NCBI GenBank assembly: GCA_020630355.1
Contig: JAHDBO010000001.1
Coordinates: 1 to 31,478, forward strand
DNA: 31,478 nt
Origin: Saprospiraceae bacterium
GTDB lineage: Bacteria; Bacteroidota; Bacteroidia; Chitinophagales; Saprospiraceae
Direction of reading: 5' to 3'
Shown here: in pieces, positions 16,758 through 24,641 of the stretch
How the letters are laid out: every line of letters begins with the position of its first letter
Position numbering within the stretch: position 1 is the stretch's first letter
Program-made: the position numbers and the translations under genes
The notes under the pieces: model-generated
Told to the model about the DNA's origin: nothing
The model's input: only the letters and a program-made list of their open reading frames with translations
Databases searched by the model: none

Positions 16758-17915
16758 ATGGAATTAAATCATGAAATTTTAAGTCAACTGATTAGTGAAA
16801 AAGGAAATTCAATAGAACCTTGTATCAGTATATACGTGCCCACGTCAAGAGCAGGTACTAGCCAAGAAGATAGGATAAGATTGAAAAATGCACTATCTAA
16901 AGTTGTAGAAAAGCTAGTGGATAAGGGTTGGACTAAAAAGGATAGCCTAAAGTATTTGGCAGAAGCGTACGCACTACATGACGACGAACAGTTTTGGTTG
17001 TATCAATCAGATTGCTTGGCGATTTTCTTGAAAGGAGAAAAATGCCACTATTTTAGGTTGCCTGGTGTAGAACGCAAGATGGTACACATAGACAATCAAT
17101 TTTTCATCCGGCCTTTGGCAGGTAAAATTCAAGAGGATAAACGCTTTTTTATATTGGCATTGAGTCAAAACGAAGTTCGTTTTTTTGAAGGCCATCCGAA
17201 TCATATCATCCCTGTAAATATCAAAGATATTACGCCACAGAATTTAGAAATGGCGATAGGGGGAGATGGTACGACATCCTCACATGTCAAGCAGCATAAT
17301 AATGGTAGCAATGTATTTTATCATGGACAAGGTGCAGGGAAAGATGATAAAAATGAAGAGCTAACGAAGTATTTTCGATTGATTGACAGTGGCTTGATGG
17401 AGATGTTGCACGATGAAAAGGCGCCCTTGGTGATTCATGCCGTCGACTATCTCGTACCTATATATAGGTCTGTCAGTCAATATAGCAATATCGTCAACAA
17501 TCATGTAAGTGGGAATCCTGAAAATGATGACCCCGTCTTGATACACGAAAAGGCTTGGTCGGCAATACAGCCTTATTTTGAATCAAAATACGAAGCAGAA
17601 AAAAACCTATTCCATAGCTATCGCTCTAGGAATTGGGCCAGTACTTTTTCGCAAGAAATTATTCCAGCCTCTATAGAAGGTCGAGTAGACGTACTTTATA
17701 TTCAAAAAAATACGAAGCGTATTTGGGGTAAATACGAGCCTAAAAGCCACACGGTAAAGTTCCATTCCAAACGGAAACAGAAAAGCGAAGCCTTATTGGA
17801 GCTTGCGGTAAGAGGAGTGTTGAATAGTGGCGGCGTAGTGCATTGTGTCGAAGAGTCAGATATGCCAGAGAAAAATGTACCAATATGTGCCGTATACAGG
17901 TATGCTCGTTCGTAA
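16758..17915 (+). CDS. Bacterial archaeo-eukaryotic release factor homolog (baeRF family 3/7-like; Balon-like)
   Basis: CISIYVPT...DRIRLKNAL, FW...DCLAIF, FFILALSQNEVRFFEG, YHGQG, YFRLID, HVSGNP and a C-terminal L7Ae-like IPASIEGRVDVLYI...GGVVH...AVYRY. Confidence 0.85.
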   Translation: MELNHEILSQLISEKGNSIEPCISIYVPTSRAGTSQEDRIRLKNALSKVVEKLVDKGWTKKDSLKYLAEAYALHDDEQFWLYQSDCLAIFLKGEKCHYFRLPGVERKMVHIDNQFFIRPLAGKIQEDKRFFILALSQNEVRFFEGHPNHIIPVNIKDITPQNLEMAIGGDGTTSSHVKQHNNGSNVFYHGQGAGKDDKNEELTKYFRLIDSGLMEMLHDEKAPLVIHAVDYLVPIYRSVSQYSNIVNNHVSGNPENDDPVLIHEKAWSAIQPYFESKYEAEKNLFHSYRSRNWASTFSQEIIPASIEGRVDVLYIQKNTKRIWGKYEPKSHTVKFHSKRKQKSEALLELAVRGVLNSGGVVHCVEESDMPEKNVPICAVYRYARS

Positions 17916-17944
17916 TTGATTAAAAAAAACAGAAATACAAAAAT

Positions 17945-18871
17945 ATGTGGAAACAGTTCAATGAATCTTGGGATAATCTGGTAAGTAAGTTAGAGGGGTG
18001 GTTAGATGGTATTATTACCAATTTGCCCAATATAATACTAGCGGTGCTAGTAATGAGTGTCGCTTTTTTTCTGTCAACTTATATTAAGAAAATAGCTCAA
18101 AAGGGGCTTAGGAAAGCGACGAAAAACGACACCGTTACAGGTGTACTGTCCAATATAGCGACGGCCGCATTCATGCTTTTGTCCTTGTTTTTAGTATTGG
18201 GAATCCTAAATTTGGATAAAGCATTGACCTCCTTGTTGGCGGGTGCTGGTGTCGTTGGACTGGCCATAGGTTTGGCATTGCAAGATCCGATGGTCAATCT
18301 CTTCTCGGGCGTCCTGATGTCCGTAAGAGATTATTATTCGGTTGGAGATTTAGTCGCAACAAATGGTTTCGAAGGGAAGATCAAGTCGATCAACCTGCGC
18401 TCTACAATCATTGACTTACCCGACGGGCAAGAGGTGATTATTCCGAATAAAGACGTCCTTCAAAACCCCCTCAAAAATTATTCGCATACGCCTAGAAGGC
18501 GTATTGAGGTCAATTGCGGAGTAGCTTATAATGATGATTTGGAGAAGGTCAAGGACACTGTAGTTAACGCGATTGAAAACAATATAGAATTTATAGATAG
18601 CAAACCTGTAGCATTGTACTTTACAGAATTTGGAGATAGTTCTATTAACTTTACAGTACATTTTTGGCAGCGCATCGTGACCCATGCGGAATATAAATCC
18701 GCTAGAAGTAAGGCGATTATTGCGATCAAGAAGGCATTGGATAAGGAAGGGTTCACAATACCATTTCCAATACGAACCTTGGATTTCGGTGTGGAAGGAG
18801 GAGTGCGCATTGATGATATTTATCCTAAAAAAGCACTTTTAAGCTCTACTAATGGGAATGGTGAAAACTAA
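17945..18871 (+). CDS. mscS: Second MscS family mechanosensitive channel
   Basis: GLALQDPMVNLFSGVLM, G.IKSINLRSTII..PDGQEVIIPN, FGDSSINF motifs. Confidence 0.93.
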   Translation: MWKQFNESWDNLVSKLEGWLDGIITNLPNIILAVLVMSVAFFLSTYIKKIAQKGLRKATKNDTVTGVLSNIATAAFMLLSLFLVLGILNLDKALTSLLAGAGVVGLAIGLALQDPMVNLFSGVLMSVRDYYSVGDLVATNGFEGKIKSINLRSTIIDLPDGQEVIIPNKDVLQNPLKNYSHTPRRRIEVNCGVAYNDDLEKVKDTVVNAIENNIEFIDSKPVALYFTEFGDSSINFTVHFWQRIVTHAEYKSARSKAIIAIKKALDKEGFTIPFPIRTLDFGVEGGVRIDDIYPKKALLSSTNGNGEN

Positions 18872-19235
18872 TATAGGTATCAGACTTTTTTACAAAGCAA
18901 TTTCACTAAATTGAAAAATAATAATTTCCGTTTGAACGCCGAATTTTTTGAGTCCGTAGCTCGGTTATGCGCCAAAAAAACGAAGTCCTTAAAAGGAAAA
19001 ACTCAATGCTCACTTTAGTGACTATATGAACTAGTCTATTAGACATTATTCTATTTTCGATTTTGGTGAAAACAGTAGGCTATAAAAGAATGATTTTCAA
19101 TCTAATACCTAAAGACTAATATCTGATTTTAGAATAAAAGCTATTATTTGCTAAGTCCCTTATCTAATAACTATAAAGCTACAAAATCTTGTTTTTCAAT
19201 GAAGCATATAAAAATAAGATCTAAACCTAATATCA

Positions 19236-19709
19236 ATGAAGTTCTCTAACCTTTTCGGGTGGTCGCTTAAGGCGACCACTTTTATTGGTATAATAGGAAT
19301 TGCCCTATTGGCGATAGGAATTGAATGGTATGCCTTTATAAAGATTGCCAATATCTTTGAACTGATTTTCTCTGCAGCATTAGATGGGGATGTGGTCGTC
19401 AAAAAAGTATTGCATACGCTTGATATGATTTTGATAGGGATTACCCTTTTTACAATCGCTATCATGCTTTATGAGCTTTTTATAGATAAGATAAATGGTT
19501 TGCCAGCTTGGTTGGTTATATCTAGCATGGACGAGCTAAAGGGGATTATCGTCAAGATGATTATTGTGGTATTGGGGATTTCCTTTACAGGAAAAATTAT
19601 CACGTGGGATGGACAGGCTGATTTGATGGGATATGGTGTCGCTCAGGCACTTGTGATAGTTTCGCTCAGTTATTTTCTAGTTGTCAAAGCAAAGAAAGAA
19701 GAAGCTTAA
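19236..19709 (+). CDS. YqhA family (UPF0114) membrane protein
   Basis: VLHTLDMILIGITLFTIAIMLYELFI and PAWLVISSMDELK motifs; 4 TM. Confidence 0.88.
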   Translation: MKFSNLFGWSLKATTFIGIIGIALLAIGIEWYAFIKIANIFELIFSAALDGDVVVKKVLHTLDMILIGITLFTIAIMLYELFIDKINGLPAWLVISSMDELKGIIVKMIIVVLGISFTGKIITWDGQADLMGYGVAQALVIVSLSYFLVVKAKKEEA

Positions 19710-20041
19710 GCAGCTTCCATGTTAAAAGTGTCTTCTATGAGTTCAAGAATCTCTGATTCGGCAACCAGGCCGCTTATTTCGTTTATCAAATCCCCTTTCT
19801 TGAAGAACAATAAGGTCGGGACACTTTGTATGCCCATTCTCTGAACCAATACAGGATGGCTGTCTTTGTCAATTGCAAAGAAGCTAATATTACGTGGTTT
19901 ACTATCTGAAATATTATCCAACATTCTGCGCATAATATGGGATTTGCCCGACCAACGGGTAAAAACACAAACGACACATTGCAGTTGTTGTTGTACAATG
20001 AGTTTGTCGAATAATGCAGGATTTAAAAGTAGTTTTTCCAT
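19706..20041 (-). CDS. Thioredoxin-fold protein lacking the CXXC active site
   Basis: FTRWSGKSHIM in place of F.A.WCGPC..M; GIQSVPTLLFFKKG cis-Pro segment retained. Confidence 0.85.
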   Translation of the reverse strand: MEKLLLNPALFDKLIVQQQLQCVVCVFTRWSGKSHIMRRMLDNISDSKPRNISFFAIDKDSHPVLVQRMGIQSVPTLLFFKKGDLINEISGLVAESEILELIEDTFNMEAA

Positions 20042-20119
20042 TTTCAGTTCTTCCGCTGTAAATTATAAACCCATACCATCTAGGAATTTTAACTTGTTTC
20101 TAAATGCACTTTGAGCATT

Positions 20120-20150
20120 ACTAAAACTCTGTAGGTTATGAGATGTTCAA
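20120..20150 (-). promoter_or_regulatory. ECF-type island promoter motif, copy 7
   Basis: Minus strand TTGAACAT-N14-AGTTTTAGT, 78 nt upstream of the thioredoxin-like ATG. Confidence 0.65.
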
Positions 20151-20172
20151 TGGACCTCTGAGAATGATGAAA

Positions 20173-20204
20173 TTGAACATACCTGGTTTTCAAGCCGTTC
20201 TAGT
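20173..20204 (+). promoter_or_regulatory. ECF-type island promoter motif, copy 8
   Basis: TTGAACAT-N15-CGTTCTAGT, 19 nt upstream of ATG 20224. Confidence 0.7.
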
Positions 20205-20223
20205 GGTAAAATAAAGTAAAAAG

Positions 20224-20925
20224 ATGAAAAAAATAATCATAATGTTTTTGTTAACTGTTCCGGTCATCGTTTGGTCGAATAGTATATTTGAAATGGAAAA
20301 AGGAGAATGTAACCATGAAGGGGATATTGTGTCTTCCTTTAATGTCAGATTTGAGATGGACGTGGCAAAAGCAAAATCTTATTGGAACGATTTTATGGAA
20401 GATGAGAATGACAACGATATTAGTGGATATGGCTTATTCAGAAAAAAAGACCTTTTGGAAACAGAAATGACGCTGATGCCAGAGCTGAGTAATGAACCGC
20501 TTAAATTATTTGCCCACTTCCGACAACTTGGCGAGTATGCTGTGCTCCATCTTTATGCAAAGGACAAATCGGGTACTTTCATTGCCGAAGATAGCCATCC
20601 CAATACCTTCAAAAACATCCAGCGGTTGGCACAACGGTTTGTCAAATATACAGTGCCGTTGCACTGTGAAAATCTGCTTGATGAGGCACAGGATAAACTG
20701 AAGGATTACCAAAAGCAAAGAGAACGAAAACAGGATGACATCGAAGATATGGAAGAAGATATAACCGAGCATCAGGAAGAAATCCAAGACCTGAAAAAAG
20801 AAATCCAACAAGGGAAAATCTCCTTAGAAGGTATCGACCAAAATATAGAAAGTGCCAAAGCCGATTTAGAAGCGAAGGAATCGCTGTATGATTCCATCAA
20901 GAAAGAACTAGCGGAGATTAAATAA
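20224..20925 (+). CDS. Exported protein with C-terminal acidic coiled coil
   Basis: MKKIIIMFLLTVPVIVWS signal peptide; about 85-aa heptad-rich C-terminus. Confidence 0.8.
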   Translation: MKKIIIMFLLTVPVIVWSNSIFEMEKGECNHEGDIVSSFNVRFEMDVAKAKSYWNDFMEDENDNDISGYGLFRKKDLLETEMTLMPELSNEPLKLFAHFRQLGEYAVLHLYAKDKSGTFIAEDSHPNTFKNIQRLAQRFVKYTVPLHCENLLDEAQDKLKDYQKQRERKQDDIEDMEEDITEHQEEIQDLKKEIQQGKISLEGIDQNIESAKADLEAKESLYDSIKKELAEIK

Positions 20926-21106
20926 GCAATACGAGTTAATTGAGTGGGCAGATTTCAGGGGAAACAGCGGTAAAAGACTACTTTAAACGCCCCATCAATT
21001 GGCTTGTATTTACTTGATTAAAAGGCCCAAAAAAACATCAGTAATTGGCAGTAATTCCATTTGCTGATCTTACAAATCATATATTAAATTAAGCAAAAAA
21101 ATTAAA

Positions 21107-21310
21107 ATGAAAAATCTAAGCAAACTCAGCGTTCAATTGGTAACCTTATTAGTGTTACAAGTCGTATTTGTAAACCAAATCTCTGCACAACTGATAGATG
21201 TAGATGTCAATGAAGGAGGTGGGGAACTTTGGTATCAGAATCCTTACGTAGTTGTCATTGGCGTACTCGTAGTCCTTTTGGTTGCAGTTTTGGCTATGAG
21301 GAAAAAATAA
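21107..21310 (+). CDS. 67-aa signal-peptide + single-TM microprotein
   Basis: Signal peptide to ISA-Q, DVDVNEGGGELWY linker, TM, RKK tail; followed by a strong terminator. Confidence 0.75.
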   Translation: MKNLSKLSVQLVTLLVLQVVFVNQISAQLIDVDVNEGGGELWYQNPYVVVIGVLVVLLVAVLAMRKK

Positions 21311-21337
21311 AATATAGATTGTGACAAATAGGCCATT

Positions 21338-21378
21338 ACGAGTCGTCCTGCTTTTGAAGTAGGACGACTCGTGTTGTT
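21338..21378 (+). terminator. Intrinsic terminator marking the island's right end
   Basis: ACGAGTCGTCCTGCTT-ttg-AAGTAGGACGACTCGT (16-bp stem). Confidence 0.8.
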
Positions 21379-21568
21379 TGAATATGTAATGTCCCAATTC
21401 TAGTTTACTTTGCGGAACTAAACTTGTCTGAGGAAAGTTTTTTTTAAAGATGATCATACATTCGTTTTTAGTGTAATCAGAAAGTTGTAAAACAGTGATT
21501 CTCAATCTAAAAATGAACTGCCAATCTCTAAAATATGATTTTGGAATAAAATCTAATACAGAATAAAC

Positions 21569-21576
21569 TATTTTTG
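21569..21576 (+). promoter_or_regulatory. Housekeeping sigma -7 element for glnS
   Basis: TATTTTTG(CA) 27 nt upstream of the ATG. Confidence 0.6.
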
Positions 21577-21603
21577 CAATCTTAAACCAATTAAGCGATA
21601 CCA

Positions 21604-23268
21604 ATGGAGGAAAAGGAATCCTTACACTTTATAGAACAAATCGTAGAAGAAGACTTAGCAGCAGGCAAAAATGACAAACGAGTACATACCCGTTTCCCGC
21701 CTGAGCCCAATGGCTATCTTCACGTTGGGCATGCGATGTCTATTTGCTTGAATTTTGGCTTGGCGCAAAAATACGGCGGTAAGACCAATCTCCGCTTTGA
21801 TGATACCAATCCAGCGACAGAGGAAACGGAATTTGTAGAATCAATCATGAACGATGTCAAATGGTTGGGTTTTGAATGGGCTGGTGAGCCGAAATTCGCC
21901 TCGGACTATTTTGACCAATTGTATGCACATGCAGTTGATTTAATCAAGCAAGGCAAAGCTTATGTGGATGACTCTTCGGCAGAAGAAGTGGCAGAAATGA
22001 AAGGCACACCTACCGTGCCTGGGACGGAAAGCCCTTATCGCAATCGCTCCGTAGAGGAGAATTTACGCTTGTTTGAAGGAATGAAAAACGGGGAATTTGA
22101 AGACGGCTCGAAAGTACTGCGTGCTAAAATCGACATGGCAAACCCCAATATGCATTTGCGTGACCCTTTTCTTTATCGTATCAAAAGAGTGCCACACCAC
22201 CGTACTGGCGATAAGTGGAATATCTACCCGATGTACGATATGGCGCATGGTTATTCGGATTCTATCGAAGGCATCACACATTCCATCTGTACTCTAGAAT
22301 TTGAGGTGCATCGCCCATTATATGATTGGTTGATCGATCAAGTAGAAGTCTTCCATCCACAACAAATTGAGTTTGCTCGACTGAACGTATCGTACATGAT
22401 TACGAGCAAGCGTAAATTGAAACAATTAGTCGAACAAGGCTTTGTAGCAGGTTGGGACGACCCACGTATGCCTACGATTTCAGGGATGCGACGCAGAGGC
22501 TATCCAGCAGCGGCACTGCGTGCCTTTTGTGATAGAGCAGGGATTTCCAAGCGAGAACGCTTGAATGAGTTGTCCATGCTAGAGTTTTTTGTACGGCAAG
22601 ACTTGAACAAGACGACGACTCGTGTCATGGGCGTGCTTGACCCTGTGAAAGTGGTCATTACGAATTACCCAGAAGACCAAACAGAGGATTTGGAGGTAAT
22701 TAATAATCCAGAGGATGAGTTGGCTGGTTCGAGGAAAGTGCCATTCTCTAGAGAATTATACATCGAAAGAGAGGATTTCAAAGAGGAAGCCAATCGTAAA
22801 TACTTCCGAATGGCACCGGGGCGTACTGTGCGCTTGAAAGGTGCTTATATCGTCCATTGTGAAGGATGTGTCAAAAACGAAGCGGGCGAAATTACAGAGA
22901 TTCACTGTACCTATTATCCAGATAGTCGTAGTGGTTCGGATACGAGCGGCATCAAGGCAAAGGGGACGCTGCACTGGGTCTCCATAGAGCATGCTTTGAC
23001 GGCAGAGGCTAGGATTTATGATACTTTGTTTACCGATCCACAACCGACAAATCATGAAGACAAGGACTTTCTAGAGTTCTATAATGAAAACTCCTTAAAA
23101 GTACTGGATAAAATATATGTAGAACCCTATTTGGCGGAAGCCAAAGTGGGGGAAAGGTTCCAGTTTATGCGTAAAGCCTATTTCTGCGTAGACCCAGACT
23201 CTGCGCCTGGGCACATGGTCTTCAATCAAACGATTACCTTGAAAGACGGCTGGAAAGGGAAGAAATAA
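21604..23268 (+). CDS. glnS: Glutamine--tRNA ligase
   Basis: TRFPPEPNGYLHVGH, LRFDDTNP, THSICTLEF, ITSKRKL, GWDDPRMPTISGMRRRG. Confidence 0.98.
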   Translation: MEEKESLHFIEQIVEEDLAAGKNDKRVHTRFPPEPNGYLHVGHAMSICLNFGLAQKYGGKTNLRFDDTNPATEETEFVESIMNDVKWLGFEWAGEPKFASDYFDQLYAHAVDLIKQGKAYVDDSSAEEVAEMKGTPTVPGTESPYRNRSVEENLRLFEGMKNGEFEDGSKVLRAKIDMANPNMHLRDPFLYRIKRVPHHRTGDKWNIYPMYDMAHGYSDSIEGITHSICTLEFEVHRPLYDWLIDQVEVFHPQQIEFARLNVSYMITSKRKLKQLVEQGFVAGWDDPRMPTISGMRRRGYPAAALRAFCDRAGISKRERLNELSMLEFFVRQDLNKTTTRVMGVLDPVKVVITNYPEDQTEDLEVINNPEDELAGSRKVPFSRELYIEREDFKEEANRKYFRMAPGRTVRLKGAYIVHCEGCVKNEAGEITEIHCTYYPDSRSGSDTSGIKAKGTLHWVSIEHALTAEARIYDTLFTDPQPTNHEDKDFLEFYNENSLKVLDKIYVEPYLAEAKVGERFQFMRKAYFCVDPDSAPGHMVFNQTITLKDGWKGKK

Positions 23269-23291
23269 TCTTTATCTAAAGGAAAGAAAAT

Positions 23292-23330
23292 AAGGGCATT
23301 TCGATTGAATTCGGAATGCCCTTGCTTTTT
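23292..23330 (+). terminator. Intrinsic terminator
   Basis: AAGGGCATTTCGA-N6-TCGGAATGCCCTT then GCTTTTT. Confidence 0.8.
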
Positions 23331-23363
23331 GATTTTCTTGAAAATTAAATCCCTACCATTCTC

Positions 23364-23371
23364 TATCTTTG
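23364..23371 (+). promoter_or_regulatory. Housekeeping sigma -7 element for gcvT
   Basis: TATCTTTG 27 nt upstream of the ATG. Confidence 0.65.
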
Positions 23372-23398
23372 TGCTGCCTTGACCAAAAATAAAGAATC

Positions 23399-24517
23399 AT
23401 GGAAGCATTAAAACATACACCGCTCACTGCAAAGCACATTGCACTAGGCGCAAAAATGGCGAGTTTTGCAGGCTATAATATGCCTATCGTTTATACCAAT
23501 ATCAAAGACGAACACGAAGCGGTTCGGAGCAATGTCGGTGTCTTTGATGTGTCCCACATGGGAGAGTTTATCGTACGTGGTAAAGAAGCAGCAAAGCTGG
23601 TACAAAAAGTAACGAGCAACGATGTCAACAAGTTGGAGATAGGAGACGCACAGTACTCCTGTCTGCCCAATAATGAAGGGGGCATAGTTGATGATTTGCT
23701 TGTATACCGCTTGCCAGAAGATTATTGCTCTGAAGGGGAGCAGGCCTTTATGTTGGTGGTCAATGCTTCCAATATTCAAAAAGATTGGGATTGGATAGCG
23801 TCGCATAACGACTTTGATACCGCCATGATTGACATTTCCTCGAAGACAGGACTTCTGGCGGTACAAGGACCGAATGCGGCGAAGGCTATGCAGTCTTTGA
23901 CCAGCGTTGACTTAGAGAATATGAAGTACTATACCTTTGAGAAAGGGACTTTTGGAGGGGTTGAGAACGTGTTGATTTCAGCCACTGGATATACGGGTTC
24001 TGGAGGTTTTGAGCTATATGTGGCAGAAGATAAACTAGAGCAAATCTGGGAGGCTATTTTTGAAGCGGGTCAAGCAATGGACATTCAAGCGGTCGGACTA
24101 GGCGCTAGGGATACCTTGCGCTTGGAAATGGGCTATTGTTTGTATGGGAACGATATTGACGATACGACCTCTCCTTTGGAAGCAGGCTTGGGATGGATTA
24201 CCAAGCTCAAGAACGAGGATGACTTTGTATCCAAAGATTATTTCATTGCCCAGAAAGCGGAGGGTCTGAAAAAGCGCTTGGTGGCTTTTGAATTGGAAGA
24301 CCGTCGTGTGCCAAGGCAGGGATATGAGATTGAAGATATGGAAGGCAATGTGATTGGAAACGTCACTTCTGGTACGCAGTCCCCTTCGCTGGATAAGCCG
24401 ATTGGGATGGGCTACGTTGCTACTGGATTCCACAAAACAGGGACGGAGATTAATATCGCTATCCGCAAGAAGAAATATAAAGCCACTGTGGTTAAAGCGC
24501 CTTTTTATAAGGGCTAA
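23399..24517 (+). CDS. gcvT: Glycine cleavage system aminomethyltransferase T
   Basis: GVFDVSHMGE, LAVQGP, TGYTGSGGFE, GLGARDTLRLEMGYCLYGND. Confidence 0.98.
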   Translation: MEALKHTPLTAKHIALGAKMASFAGYNMPIVYTNIKDEHEAVRSNVGVFDVSHMGEFIVRGKEAAKLVQKVTSNDVNKLEIGDAQYSCLPNNEGGIVDDLLVYRLPEDYCSEGEQAFMLVVNASNIQKDWDWIASHNDFDTAMIDISSKTGLLAVQGPNAAKAMQSLTSVDLENMKYYTFEKGTFGGVENVLISATGYTGSGGFELYVAEDKLEQIWEAIFEAGQAMDIQAVGLGARDTLRLEMGYCLYGNDIDDTTSPLEAGLGWITKLKNEDDFVSKDYFIAQKAEGLKKRLVAFELEDRRVPRQGYEIEDMEGNVIGNVTSGTQSPSLDKPIGMGYVATGFHKTGTEINIAIRKKKYKATVVKAPFYKG

Positions 24518-24605
24518 ACAGTGATAGTATACTGGTGTAAATCACTCTTTTGAGACAATAGGGTGATTTGCTTCCAAAGAAAACACCTCATTTTTTTAGG
24601 TTCTT

Positions 24606-24639
24606 TCGGGATTCAAGGTAAATTTACCTTGAATCCCGA
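24606..24639. repeat. Perfect 34-bp palindrome
   Basis: TCGGGATTCAAGGTAAA|TTTACCTTGAATCCCGA with no spacer, ending 2 nt before the TTG start at 24642. Confidence 0.95.
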
Positions 24640-24641
24640 TT

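Noticed and set aside
18932-18963. TTGAACGC-...-CGTAGCTC upstream of yqhA
   Set aside because: The -10 lacks the invariant TAGT and lies about 270 nt from the ATG.
20938-21000. Imperfect inverted repeat AATTGAGTGGG / CCCATCAATT
   Set aside because: About 10 bp with a bulge across a 40-nt loop; likely chance.
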